From: Mobula hypostoma
Lineage: Eukaryota
NCBI RefSeq assembly: GCF_963921235.1
Contig: NC_086109.1
Location: forward strand, 16,308,001 to 16,372,000
Direction: 5' to 3'
DNA length: 64,000 nucleotides
The notes beneath the pieces are model-generated. The model worked only from the letters and a program-made list of their open reading frames with translations, made no database searches and was not told where the DNA came from. Within the stretch, counting starts at the first letter, position 1, and every line of letters begins with the position of its first letter. The position numbers and the translations under genes were made by a program. Below, one piece after another: positions 27,085-40,235 of the stretch.

Positions 27085-28180
27085 CTTCTTTATAACTGCA
27101 TCGATATGTTTTGTCCGGGTTAGATCCTCAGAGATCTTGAAACTGCTCATTCTCTTCACTTCTGATCTCTCTATGAGGATTGATTCATGCTCCTTGGTCT
27201 TATTTTTCCTGAAGTCCACAATCAGCTCTTTCAGTTTACTGACATTGGGTGCAATGTTGTTGCAGCGACACCACTCAACTAGCTGGTATATCTTGCTCCT
27301 GTACGCCCTTTCGTCTCCACCTGAGATTCCACCAACAATGGTTGTATCACCAGCAAATTTATAGATGGTATTTGAGCTATACCTAGCCACACAGTCATGG
27401 GTATAAAGAGAGTAGAGAACGGTGGGCCAAGCATGCACCCCTAAAGTGCACCAGAGTTGACTGTCACGAGGAGAAGATGTTATCACCAATCCACACAGAT
27501 TGTGTTCTTCCGGTTAGGAAGTCGAGGATCCAGTTGCAGAGGGCAGTACAGAGGCCCATGTTCTGTAACTTATCGATTAGAATTGTGGAATGATGGTAAT
27601 GAACATTGGCCTAGAGTCAATGAACAGCATCCTGACATAGGTGTTTGCATTGTCCAGGTGATCTAAGGCCATGTGAAGAGACATTGAGATTACATCTGCC
27701 GTAGATAGGCAAATTGCAGTGGGCCCAGGTCCCCGCTGAGGCAAGTGTTCATTCTAGCCATGACCAACCTTTCAAAGCATTTCTTCACAGTAGATGTGAG
27801 TGGTTCTGGACAATAGTCATTAAGGCAGCTCACAGTACTCTTCTTAGCCACTAGTATAATTGTTGCCTTTTTGAAGCAGGTGGGAACTTCTGAACGTAAC
27901 AATGAGAGGTTGAAAATGTCCTTGAATACTCCCACCAGTAGGCTGGCAGAAGTTTTCAGAGCCTCACCAGGTACTCCATCAGAACCTGCCACCTTGTGAG
28001 GGTTCACCCTCCTTAAAGGCAGCGTAACATTGACCTCCGAGAGATAGGGATCACAGGGTCACCGGGTGTAGTAGGGATCTTCACAGCTGTAGTTGCAGCC
28101 TCCTTTTCAAAGCAGGCATAGGTGGTGTTGAGCTCATCTGGTAGTGAAACATCGTTGCCATTCATGTGATCACCCTGAAT
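27085..28180 (-). mobile_element. Degenerate Rex1/Babar LINE RT region
   Basis: PHKVAGSDGVPG, LNDYCPEPLTSTVKKCFERL, LQFAY and YSLYTHDC...KFAGDTTIVG (degenerate FADD); frameshifted. Confidence 0.85.
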
Positions 28181-28282
28181 TTTGCCCTTCAGTTTTCCAT
28201 CCCACCTGTACTGAAGTTGGTGATACCAGGTGAGATCCTGATATCGTGTGCTATTTGATGGGTGAGGGAGGGGAAGCACTTC

Positions 28283-28790
28283 ACAGTCAGTGGCCACATT
28301 TTAGGTACTTGCTCATTAATGCAAGTATCTAATCAGCCAATCATGTGGCAGCAATCCAATGGATAAAAGCATTCAGACATGGTCAAGAGGTTAGTTGTTC
28401 AGACCAAACATCAGAATGGGGGAAGAAATGACTTTGACTGCGGAATGATCGTTGGTGCCATATGGTGTAGTTTGATTATCTTAGAAACAGCAGAGTTCTT
28501 GGCATTTTCATGCACAACACTCTAAAGTTTACAGAGGATGGCGTGAAAAACAAAAAAAAGCATCCAATGTGGGGGGAAATGCCTTGTTTAATGAGAGAGG
28601 TCAGAGTAGACTGGCCAGACTGGTTCAAGCTGACAAGAAGGCAACAGTAACTCAAATAACCACACATTAACCAAGTGCTGCACAGAAGATCTTCTGTGGA
28701 TGCACAACATATTGACCCTTGAACCGGATGGGCTACAGCAGCAGAAGACAAAAACGTACACACAAAGACCACTTTATTAGATGTAGGAGG
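28283..28790 (+). mobile_element. Tc1-like transposon remnant (transposase DNA-binding N-terminus)
   Basis: CAGTGGCCAC...TTAGGTAC terminus. Degenerate GMIVGA, SETA.LLGFS, RLVQADKKATVTQITT and MGYSSRR segments. Confidence 0.75.
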
Positions 28791-30518
28791 TAAAGTATAG
28801 TAAAGAGGGAGAGGTATTATATAGTGAAGTGATTCTACTTTAACAGGAGAGCTAATGTTCCTCTCACACTGCTGAAGCAGTAGAATCAAAAGCAATGCAA
28901 GTCTGTTAATTCCCATCCACCCTCCCCAGTCCGTAGGAACAAAACTAATTTTCATCTATGAGAAACAATGACAATATTCTCATTGTCATCAAAAACTTCA
29001 TGCTATCCTAAAAGTTCCTTCCCCCAGTCAGTTAACCGGATCAATCTTTCTAGTTACTACCTCATCACTCCCGCCTATTACTCCCATCTCTGCACTGCAT
29101 TATAAACACCAAACCACTTTTTATAATGCTGTTAATATTGTAACTACATGCTGGTATTTATGCGTATTTTATTCCATATCTGTACTTTAACTGCTAATTT
29201 TTTAAATATAGTTCTTTATTATTCATATTTGTTGAATGTTGTTAGTTAGATAGTGCATGTTGCAGCCTGACCAACAGACCACAGCAAATTCCTAATACAT
29301 GTAAATATAAGTGGTAAATCTTTCACTTAAGGGATTCATTAGGAATTAAACAGTTGATGAAGTACTTTATAAGAGGCACTTCACTGTTTTCGGGTAAGGA
29401 AATAGATAATTTTCATACAGCATGCTGCCACAAACAGCAATGTGATAATAACCAGGTAGGCTGCGATTGAGAAGCCCGTTCACTTTGCAGTTAGCACGAG
29501 TGGATGGTGTATAGCAAGAATGGTGATAGAAAACAGACAAAATGCTGGAAGGACTGAGCAGGCCAGGCAGCATCTAAGAGGAGAGTATAGTCGATGTTTC
29601 GGGCTGAAACCCTTCACCCAAAATAATGGTGATACGTTGGGAGACAAACTTCTTGGAGTGCAGCGGTTTTGTGATGAAACCTCCAAAAAGACATCCACCT
29701 AGAACGGGCAATCCCAGCTCCGGATAAGTAACTTGTGTTACTGAAATAAAATCTTTTTAAAATTGAGTACAAAGGGGATGCCCATGTGAATGATGTGTAG
29801 ACAGTAATGTCATGGTTGCTGCTTCTCTATAACGTGTCTGCTGATTGCTTCTTTGAAGCTGTGATTAGAACAGTTTAATTTTTATGGGACTTTGTGCTGC
29901 CCTAATGTTTATTTCACTTTTCATGACAGATATAATTGCTTTCCTGAGCGTAACAATCAAATAGCAATGTGCCTACCAAAGCTGCAATAGATATCTTTTT
30001 CTTTCAGTTTTGTTCATGCATGCATATTGAAATGGGCAGACTATTATTACGGGGACAGCTATAATCCCTTGTTGTGGCTGCAAGCTTAAATCATTCCCAT
30101 TTCCTTTGTGTTTGATGAATTTTTATTTAAGCACTAACATAATTGCCTTCTCAAGACTTGATATAACCCAGGAGTAAAGCAGTGAATGGAAGAATTGAGG
30201 ATAACTGCATAAGAGCAAAACGTATGCACCGAAAGTTACAATATGTTTCCTTCTTGTTACTAACATGGTGGAGGAGATACAAGAGCCCGAAGACCAGAGT
30301 TCAGCAATTCAAGGACAGCTTTCTCCCCTCTCCCATCTGCGCAGGGTCTGTGTCCATGAGGGGGTGGCATGGTAGCGTAGTGGTTAGCACAACACTTTAC
30401 AGTACCAGTGACCCCGGTTCAATTCCCACCACTGCCTGTAAGCAGTTTTTACGTTATCCCCGTAACTGCACAAATTTCCTCCCACATTCCAAAGACGTAC
30501 CATTTGGTAGGTTAATCG

Positions 30519-31123
30519 AGTCACAAAATAATCTGCAGATGCTGGGGTCAAAGCAACACTCACAATACGCTGGAGGAACTCAGCAGGTCGGGCAGCATCT
30601 GTGGAAACAATCAGTCGATGTTTCGGGCCGGAACCCTTCGTCAGGACTGTAGAGGGAAGGGGCAGAGGCCCTATAAAGAAGGTGGGGGGAGGGTGGGAAG
30701 GAGAAGGCTGGTAGGTTCCAGGTGAAAAACCAGTAAGGGGAAAGATAAAGGGGTGGGGGAGGGGAGGCAGGGAGGTGATAGGCAGGAAAGATGAAGAAAG
30801 AATATGGGAAAACACAATGGGTAGTAGAAGGAGGCGGAACCAAGAGGGAGGTGGTAGGCAGCTGGGGGAGGGGGAGGGAATTACTGGAAATTGGAGAATT
30901 CTATGTTCATATCAAGGGGCTGGAGACTATCTAGACGGTATATGAGGTGTTGCTCCGCCAACCTGAGTTTGGCCTCATCATGGCAGTAGAGGAGGCCATG
31001 TATGGACATATCTGAATGGGAGTGGGAAGCAGAGTTGAAGTGGGTGGCTACTGGGAGATCCTGTCTGTTTTGGCGGACAGAGCAGAGGTGCTCGACGAAG
31101 CGGTCCCCCAATCTGCATCGGGT
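30519..31123 (-). mobile_element. Penelope-like 3' fragment of a second subfamily, inserted in a tRNA-derived SINE
   Basis: ORF 30881-31111 is a GIY-YIG C-terminus. Hammerhead core at 30612-30649. TTAATCG flanks both ends; the SINE (from about 30360) resumes afterwards. Confidence 0.88.
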
Positions 31124-31320
31124 TTAATCGGTTACTGTAAATTGTGACATATATGTACTTTGATAATAAATTTGCTTTGACAATGTGGGGGGAATAAATG
31201 AAATAGGATTACTATTAAGATGAGTGCAAAAGGGTCGCTGTGGACTTGGTGAGCCCGAGGGCTTATTCCATGTATGCACCACTCTCACTTTTGCTTTTAC
31301 GTTTGCTAAATCCTTGTCAG

Positions 31321-31431
31321 AAGATTCCTCATGTGCTACTGAGTCATCAGTTCCACACGCAGAGTCTCTGTTCATCAACATCCAAGCCTGGAAACGGAGG
31401 TTGCATATCGCCAGCAAATGTCATCCTGTGG
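31321..31431 (+). other. Candidate internal exon (111 nt)
   Basis: Pyrimidine tract plus tccttgtcag| acceptor; weak donor TGG|GTGGGA; two open frames; product unrecognised. Confidence 0.25.
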
Positions 31432-32832
31432 GTGGGAATCTTCCTGCAGAAACATAATCCTCCATCACAAAATTACACAGGTCCAAGATTAGCAGGAGAA
31501 TTGAACTGATTAGTCTGATCTGTATCTGTGTCCAAACCCACTGGGATGTCAACATGTTACTATGCCAGATATTACTGATGGGCTTGTGTATTGTGAAGTA
31601 AAGCAGTGATCAATTATACTATGTGACAGCTTCCTGCTCCTGTTTTTAAATTATTCCCTCCCCCCGTTGCTGTTAATTGTTATGCTACACACGGACTGAT
31701 TTGATGTGATGCTCTTTCATATTAAAATACCTCTGTAAACTGGCCATAGAGTCGTAAAACTGTACGGCATGGTTACAGCCCCTTCAGCCCAACCCATCCA
31801 TGCTAACCAGGTTGCCCAGCTAAGCTAGTCCATTTACCTACGCTTGGTTCGTATCCCTCTATACCCTTGATATTCATGTACCTGTGCAAATGTTTTTTTA
31901 ATCTCATAATTGTTCCTTCCTCTGGCAGTTCATTCCATATATTCAGCATCTTCTATATGTGGAAAAAGTTGTTCCTCGGGCCACTTTTTAAGTCTTTCAC
32001 TTTAAACCTGTGTTCTCTAGTTTTAGGCTGTCCTACTCTGGGGTAAAGACTGAGGCTATTCACCTTATCTGTGCTCCTCGTGATTTTTAAAACCTCTATG
32101 AGGTCACCTCTCAGCCTCCTATTTTGTATGGGCTACAGAAACCGGGTTAACCTCTGTAACTCGTCGACTGAATGACACGAGATGGAAAACTAGCCCTCAT
32201 AGTGAGCAAGGAGCAAATATAATACTGAATATTTTTGAATCAATTTATTGAGGAGATTGTGGTGTTTGGCTTCTAATCATGTATAATTGGTATAGAGTTT
32301 GTGATGCAGATGGAAGGTGATCAGCAAACCCAAGATGCTTTGATTCCAGTGCTCATTATGTTTATTACAGCGGTTCTCGTTGGCTTGTACTGAGACAGAA
32401 GAGGGACGACAAAGCTGCGCTTGTGACTAAAGGAAGTTTGTTGTCAGGCTGGCAATGATGTCAGCAAAGCTGTTGTTTATTGTCCATCTTATGTGGGCTT
32501 CGCTTGGAGCCATTGCAAGGTTAAAGATAAAGACAAGCTTTATTAGTCGCATGTACTGTACCGTGAAATGTGCTGTTTGATGTGGTGCTCCCACCATTGT
32601 GTCAGGAAGGGCATGCCAGAAAATTGATCCAGTAGTGGTGAATTAATGCCTGTGCATGTCCTACTCAGAATGATTCATGACCTGGAGGTGGCCATTTGGC
32701 CTTGTCTTTCAGAGTTGCACAAGTCATGGGAGAGGGAGGTCATAGAAGAGTTATGTTCATTATCATATGCACAGCTGTAAGGAAAAACTTGCTTGCTGCA
32801 ACATCACAGGCACGTTGCATTAGAGACACAAC

Positions 32833-33431
32833 TGCAACCCTTAGCCTTGGCCAGCACGTGCTCGTCAAGGGGAAAACAACTCCTGGCCCCACCAAACTGA
32901 GAAAAATCGTTTGTGTGGACGCTGCATGATATGTTGTCCGGTTACAAATCTGCACCGCAAAATATCAAACAGTACACAATATGCGATTAAACGATTGATC
33001 TTTACAATTCTGAATTTGACTATATGGTTAGTAAAGAAAGAAAAAAAAAGAAAAGGGCCCACTCTCATGAAACAGTCTATTGCGTGTCGTTGGAGCTCAC
33101 TCTTCGTTCACTTGTTCCCGTTGACCTCCAAGCGTAGCCGGCCCTCAGACCCTCGCTCCTCAGTCCACTCCGTCCGGTGGTCTTCCGACTCTCTCCATTC
33201 GCGTCCACTCTCTCCATCGCCCCCCGACGAAAGACTGTGAAAAACCCAGCTCCCAGACACACAAGAAAGAACAACATTTCTCCCATTGGATAGCCCCTGC
33301 ATTCCAAAGTCCCGTTATCTCTAGTCATAACCCAAACATTGCTGCCACAGAGAAACCATTACCTTAACAGTGGAACATTACATAGAAGCCATTACATTAG
33401 CCTTACCAGTGAAACCTTACAGCGTGTTACA
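32833..33431 (-). mobile_element. Probable solo LTR
   Basis: Termini TG(c)AAC...GTTACA, flanks CAAC/CAAT, CpG-retaining, interrupts a LINE tail. Confidence 0.55.
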
Positions 33432-34601
33432 CAATGTTTACAAGAACAGCACAAATTAAACACAGCTGAGGCCTCCGTTGGTCAGCGGTGATCATAGATG
33501 TTGCGTCCTGGCGGTCTAGATTTGCAGGCTTGGGCAGTACCATATGGAGAACAAGCTGTTGCCCATGTAGCAAGGTCCCCACTCTCCACGCATCTGATGG
33601 AATGGCAGAGATACAGTATAGCACCCCCAGTGTCACAAGAGTTGCCAGTCAGCGGTGAACTCAAAAAAGGACTGCCTAAGGGACGCCAGCTCTGGATTTT
33701 TCCTCCAGGTTTACTCCCGAAGCCTTTCCCACGAGTGTGTATAGCTGAGATTTGAGAATAGAGTTTTCCTTCTCATAGATGAGCTGCCAACCATGGCTGA
33801 TGATCCCGATCTGCCCAAAGTGACTGGTTTTAAGTTGCCAATAACCCGCCTTTGCTCCTTCTCCTGTCAGTAGAAATGGTTCTGCCGGGTTTAGTTGCTA
33901 AGCCACACGTGAAGGCCTTGATTGTCAGAGGCTATATGAGATGCATGCTATTGGGAGCATTTAGTAGGTAGTGGGAGCTTTGCCCCATTACCATCCCCAG
34001 CTATAAGAACCTTAAGAAACCAACTAAACATAAATGAAACATAAATTACACCAGAAAAAACACAATTAGATTTTTAAAAGAATGAAATCCATTTTAGTGA
34101 AAAGTGTTCAGAGTATTTACTATACTGATGAAGTGATTAGGGCTGTGCAGGTTGGTTCAGAAACCAGATGGCTGAAGCAAAACAGCTGCGCCTGAACCTG
34201 TACTAAATATTTTGTAGAACTTCTGATGTAATGTTGTTTCATTTTGGATGGGTGATGACTTAATGGGGTGTGGTAGCTGAAGTAGCAATCAAATAAGTTG
34301 TATTCTTTGAGTGCTGCTATGGCTTCACTTGTCCATTGATATCTGTAGATGTAGGAGAGGCTGCAAAAGGAAATTGGATAAGCACCAGAGGGAAATAAAC
34401 TTGCAGAGCACCGTGGATAGGGCAAAAGAATGCAGACAATTGAATTGGGAACAATAGAGTGTAATAATTCTGTGACCATAAAAAGTCAGGAGATCAGCCA
34501 CTTATCGTAGTGAACCCTGAACTATGTGGATATAGTTCATAGTTCAAAGGTTAAAAGAGTATAGAGAAAATTTACAAAAATGTTGCTGGGCCTGGAGGAC
34601 C

Positions 34602-35742
34602 TTTTCTCTATATATCTGCTTCCTGTCGGCCAAATCATTCAAAAATGTGACATTTCTTTCCACTGTTACGCTGATGACACACAGCTTTATCTCCCCCTAA
34701 AACCAGATGACCAGTCAAATCTAGTCAGCCTCATGAGCTGCCTTGAGGACATAAAGTGTTGGTTGGCACAAAGCTTCCTACAGCTGAATGAAGACAAGCC
34801 TGGTTGTCCTATTTGGCTCCCCTGACTCCATCAAAGTGATTACCAACAGTCTTGGTAACCTGTCAAACCGCGTGTTAAATCCCTTGGTGCGATATTTAAT
34901 TCCACCTTTAAGTTTGACAAGCAAGTTAATGCAGTAGTAAAAGCCAGTTTTTTCCAGCTTTGTACTATTGCCAAAATCAAGCAGTTTCTGTCTTTCAAAG
35001 ATCTCGAGGAAGTCATTCACGCCCTTATATCCTCCCGCTTGGACTACTCCAATTCCCTGCATACTGGGATTAGTCAGTCATTCCTGTCCCACCTGCAACT
35101 GGTCCAGAACGCCGCAGCCAGGCTCCTGACAGGTGCCTGGAAGAGGGACCATATTACTCCTATCCTGGCCTCTCTCCACTGGCTGCCAGTACGGTTCAGA
35201 ATTGATTTTTTTTTTTGTAATTTATTTTTTATTAAAGTTCATCATCAAACAAAACTTTCCATAAAGATTCTCCTGTTTGTTTATAAAGCCCAAAATGGGC
35301 TGGCTCCCCCTTATATCACAGACCTTCTAACCCCTTATCTACTTCCAGGTCTCTCAGGTCAGCTGACTTGGGGCTCCTGGCTGTCCCGCGATCTAAACTT
35401 AAGTTCAGGGTTGACTGCACTTTTGCTATTGTAGCTCCTAGACTGTGGAACAGCATTCCCCTCCCTATCAGACCTGCCTCCTCCATCGACTCTTCTAAAT
35501 CCAGGCTCAAATCTTACTTTTATTCACTAACGTTTGAATCCCCCTGATGTGGCTGATATTTGGCTTGTGCCTAGGCCCTTGTGTTGTTTCTTTTGTGCCT
35601 ATGAGCTGTTTGCCTTGTTGGTTATGTCTGTGTTTCTCGTATTTGCAACTTTAGCTATTCTGCTCTGAGCTGTAGAGCACTTTGGTCAACGTGGATTGTT
35701 TTTAAATGTGCTATATAAATAAACGTGACTTCACTTGACTTG
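34602..35742 (+). mobile_element. 5'-truncated L2-clade LINE
   Basis: FHCYADDTQLYL, LDYSNSL and LQLVQNAAARLLT...HITPILASLHWLPV; AATAAA plus (ACTTG)n tail. Splits a CR1 fragment (MLLGLEDL | SYKERLNRLG). Confidence 0.92.
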
Positions 35743-36538
35743 AGTTATAAGGAAAGATTGAATAGGTTAGGAATTTATTCCTTGGAACGTAGAAGACTGA
35801 GAAGAGGTTTGATAGAGGTGTACACAATTATGAGGGGGTATAGATAGGGTAAATACAAGCAGGCTTTTTCCACTGAGGTTGTGTGGGACTACAACTAGAG
35901 GTCATGGGTTAAGAGCGAAAGGTGAAAAATTTAAGGGAAACATAAGAGGAAACTTCTTCACTCAGAGGGTCATAAGAGTGTGGAACAAGCTGCCAGCACA
36001 AGTGGTGCATCCAAGTTCAATTTCAACTTTTAAGAGAAATTTGGATAGGTAAGGGTATGGAGTATTATGGGCTTGGTGTGGGTCAGTGGGAGTAGCCAAA
36101 TTAAATGGTTCATCATGGACTAGATGGGCCAAAAGGCTTGTTTTTGTACTGTACATTTCTATAACTCTATAACTACTCCAATTCTGCTTCTGTTCACTGG
36201 TGATCCTCAAAATGTCGGTAGCGGGTGGAAAAACTATGGTGGTATTGTTAAAGCTTAAGGGGACACTTTCCATTATGCGGAGCAGACAGAAACATTGATC
36301 TACATGTTGAGTGGTCATGTTATGGAGTCAAAGTCATAGGTACCATTTGCTATTCATTGGGATGTTTAAACGAGGGAGCTTACAACTGTATGACAGGTTC
36401 AGAGACTAAACTCAAATCCTCATTTCTGCCTTGAGGTATTATGGGGTTTTTTTGGTACTTCAGTTGATAGGAAGAAGTTAAAGAATCAGCTGTTATGACC
36501 AGCATTTAATCTCCTGAAACGGGTGAATTAAAACCAGA

Positions 36539-37547
36539 CACGAGGAACTTCCGCCACCTCCAACGGGATCCCACCACCAAGCACATCTTTCCCTCCCCGC
36601 TCTCTCTGCTTTCCGCAGGGATCACTCCCTATGCGACTCCCTTGTCCATTCATCCCCCCCCCCGCCCCCATCCCTTCCCACCAATCTCCCTCCTGGCACT
36701 TATCCTTGTAAGCGGAACAAGTGCTACACATGCCCTTAAACTTCCTCCCTCACCACCATTCAGGGCCCCAGACAGTCCTTCCAGGTGAGGCAACACTTCA
36801 CCTGTGAGTTGGCTGGGGTGATATACTGTGTCCGGTGCTCCCGATGTGGCCTTCTATATATTGACGAGACCCAACGCAGACTGGGAGATCATTTCACTGA
36901 ACACCTACGCTGTGTCCACCAGAGAAAGTAAGATCTCCCAGTGGCCACACATTTTAATTCCACGTCCCATTCCCATTCTGACATGTCTATCCATGGCCTC
37001 CTCTACTGGCAAGGTGAAGCCACACTCAGGTTGGAGGAACAACACCTTATATTCCGTCCGTGTAACCTCTAACCTGATGGCATGAACATTGACATCTCTA
37101 ACTTCCGCTAATGCCACTCCTCCCCTTCTTACCCCATCTCTTATTGATTGATTGATTGATTGATTTTCTATCTATCTATTTATTTATTTATTACTTTCCC
37201 CCTTTTTTTTCTCTCTCTCTTTCCCTCTCACAGTAACTCCTTGCCTGCACTCCATCTTCCTCTGGTGCTCCCCTCCCCCTTTCTTTCTCCCTCGGCCTCC
37301 CATCCCATGATCCTCTTCCTTCTCCAGCCTTGTATCCCTTTTGCCAATCTTCTGTCCAGCTCTTGGCTCCATCCCTCCCCCTCCTGTCTTCTCCTATCAT
37401 TTCCGATCTCCTACTTTCAAATCTCTTACTATCCCTTCTTTCAGTCAGTCTTGATGAAGGGTCTCGGCCTGAAATATCAACTGTATTTCTTCCTATAGAT
37501 GCTGCCTGGCCTGTTGCATTCCATCAGCATTTTGTGTGCGTTGCTTC
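36539..37547 (+). mobile_element. Penelope-like 3' fragment (Zn-finger linker + GIY-YIG + 3' repeat), mutated
   Basis: High similarity to the reverse complement of 45358-46300; 13-bp TSD aattaa(a/g)accaga at 36526-36538 and 37548-37560. Confidence 0.9.
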
Positions 37548-39554
37548 AATTAAGACCAGAACCTGAGCAGACAGACTGTAGTGGGAGACCCATTCAGTGC
37601 TTGTTCTTCTGAGTTATACAAGTCATGAGAGACAGAGGTCACGGTTAAAGTTGAATTCATTTTCATATGCACTACTAGATGTATGCATAGGTATAATGAA
37701 AAGCTTACTCACTGCAGTGTGAAAGCATATGGCATTAGAGACACAGCATTCACAAAAAAAGACACAAGCTAAGCATAATTTATACAAGAAAGAGCACAAT
37801 TAGATTTTTTTAAATGAGATCCATTGTAGTATAGTGTTCATAGTACTATTATACTGATATATTGATTAGGGTCGTGCAGGTTTGTCCAGAAACCAAATGG
37901 CTGTTGAGAAGCAACTGCTCCTGAACCTGCTCTAAATTTTTCATTGGACCTCTTATATATTGTCGTTCCATGATGGTTGGGTGATGATTCATTGGGCTGA
38001 GGTGACTGAAGTGGCAATGAGGGAAACTGTGTTATTTGTGTGTTGTTGTGGCTTCCTATATATTCTGTTTCCCACCACCCTAAAGTAATTACATCTTCTT
38101 GGTCTATTTTTTCCTTTCCCCTTTCCTGCATTCCTTCTCTATTAACTGCTTTTGTGGCTGTTTATTTCCCTGTAATAAGTGAGGGCAAGGAAGGAAGCTC
38201 CAAGCATTCAAAGGGGAAGTAAAATCTCTGTCTTAAAGTCATTGGTCCTAAGCAACGGTGGTAAAAGTTGTGGCCTATATGTCCAAAGCAGTGTTGGATC
38301 TCTGGTTCTCTTGGTTCCCAGATACAGGTATGCTTTGAATCTTCTCCTGACTCTCTTCATACTAAGCCAGAGAAAGGCAACGTTAATGAAAACAAGAGCT
38401 TACAATTCTTTGGGCCCTTGTTTTAGAATGACTTCACATGAAGGAAGTTCTTTGGAAAACATGAGCAAATTACCGGATAATAGTATTGAGTAAAATATAA
38501 CTATTGCCCCGGGGCACCAGCGGAAACTCCTGGTGTACTTCAAAATAGTGCCGTAGCATTTTCTCATACCCATCTGAGATGGACAACAGCCTCTTTTTAA
38601 TATTTCCTTCTGAAGGCAGCACCTATGATGTTCCCAGCACTGCCTCTGCTACACTGAAATGCAGCCTGGGATTTTGTGTTTGCATACCTCAGAATTGGAA
38701 TCCGGTTTAATATCGCTGACATATGTTGTGAAATTTGCTGCTTTGCATGGTTGGGGTCCATAAGAGAGCCGGCAGAGTTTGCAACTCTCTGTAGCTGTTT
38801 TCCGACACTGCGCAGTGGCCCCTCCATATGAGACGGTGATGCAATCAGTTAGAATGCTGTTTTATGGTACATCTGCAGAAATTTGCAAGGGTCTTTGGTG
38901 ACATATCAAGTCTCCTCACATTCCTAATGAAATATAGCATATCTCTGAAGTAACCAAACACACAAACCACTGACTGAGTGATGAGTGGGCTCAAGACAGA
39001 GCTACACACTTCCCAGTACAGATGATGCACTGCAGAGGGAGGAGTCCATCAGGTTGGCCCATGTATATTGACTGTTTTAACTAGTCAGATCATAAAACAT
39101 TAATACAAAAGCAAGCACAAATCAGAAATCAGCAATTAGCAGGGAAATGCAGAGGTTGAATCAGCCTGTCTTGCTCATCTCCACATTAATGCTTAGAAGG
39201 GAACCTTGTAAATGGAAGAGAGCCAAATGGAATGGCTGCCCAGAGTCCAACCAGGACAAGATTAGAAATTGAACTCAACAGATCTGTATAGTTATGGAAA
39301 GGAAGGAGGAAAATAAATGGTGGAAATTATCAATTTATTTTACAGCTACAGGTTCTTCTTTAAGCCCTCCTACTTGTTTCTGGGCACCATGGTCAGCATG
39401 GACTGGTTGGGACCAAAAGCCAGTGTCCATACAGTGTTGCTGTATGTCTAACCCTGATCTACTTTGACTGCTTTCAGAATCCACTCCCAAACAATGCGAT
39501 TGGCTTCTGAAATACCAACACTCAGCCATACCAACAATAGACTGATAAGATACC

Positions 39555-40235
39555 TATCACCACTGCAAAGGCAAGTGCAATATTAGCATTCATTTCAAGA
39601 AACCTACAATATAAAAGCAAGGATGTAATGCTGAGGCAATGGTCAAACCACATTTGGAATGGTGCAAGCAGCATTTGGCCCCATATCCAAGAAAGGATGT
39701 GCTGGCATTAGAGAGGGTCCAGAGAAGGTTGACAAGAATGATCCCAGGAATGAAAGGGTTAATAAATATGGAGCGTTTGATGGCTCTGAGCCTGTACTTG
39801 CTGGGGTTTAGAAGAATGAGGAAGGGTCTCACTGAAACCTATTGAATATTGGAAGGCCTAGATAGGATGGCCGTGGAGAGGATGTTTCCAATACTAGGAG
39901 AGCCTTGGACCAGAGGGCACAGCCTCACAATAGAAGGATGTCCCATTAAAACAGAGAGGAGGAGGAATTTCTTTAGCCAGAAGGTGGTGAATCTGTGGAA
40001 TTCAGTGCCACAGATAGCTCTGGAGGCCAGGTCACTGGGTATAATTAAAGTTATAGGTTCTTGATAGATGGATGTTAGAGGTTGACAGGTTCTTGCTTAG
40101 TAACTGCATCAAAGGTTATGGGGAGAAGGCAGAAGAATGGGGATGAGAGGGAAAATAAACTAGGGATAATCAAATGATGGAGTAGACTTGATGAGCCAAT
40201 TAGTTGAATCCTACTCCTGTGTCTTATGGTCTTAC
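39555..40235 (+). mobile_element. CR1 3' fragment
   Basis: PHLEW, LERVQRRLTRMIPGMKG and NLWNSVP segments plus CR1 tail. Confidence 0.88.

Noticed and set aside
33470..34010. HDV-like ribozyme in an RTE-related repeat
   Set aside because: The region looks like a non-autonomous retroelement, but I could not build the nested double pseudoknot by eye.
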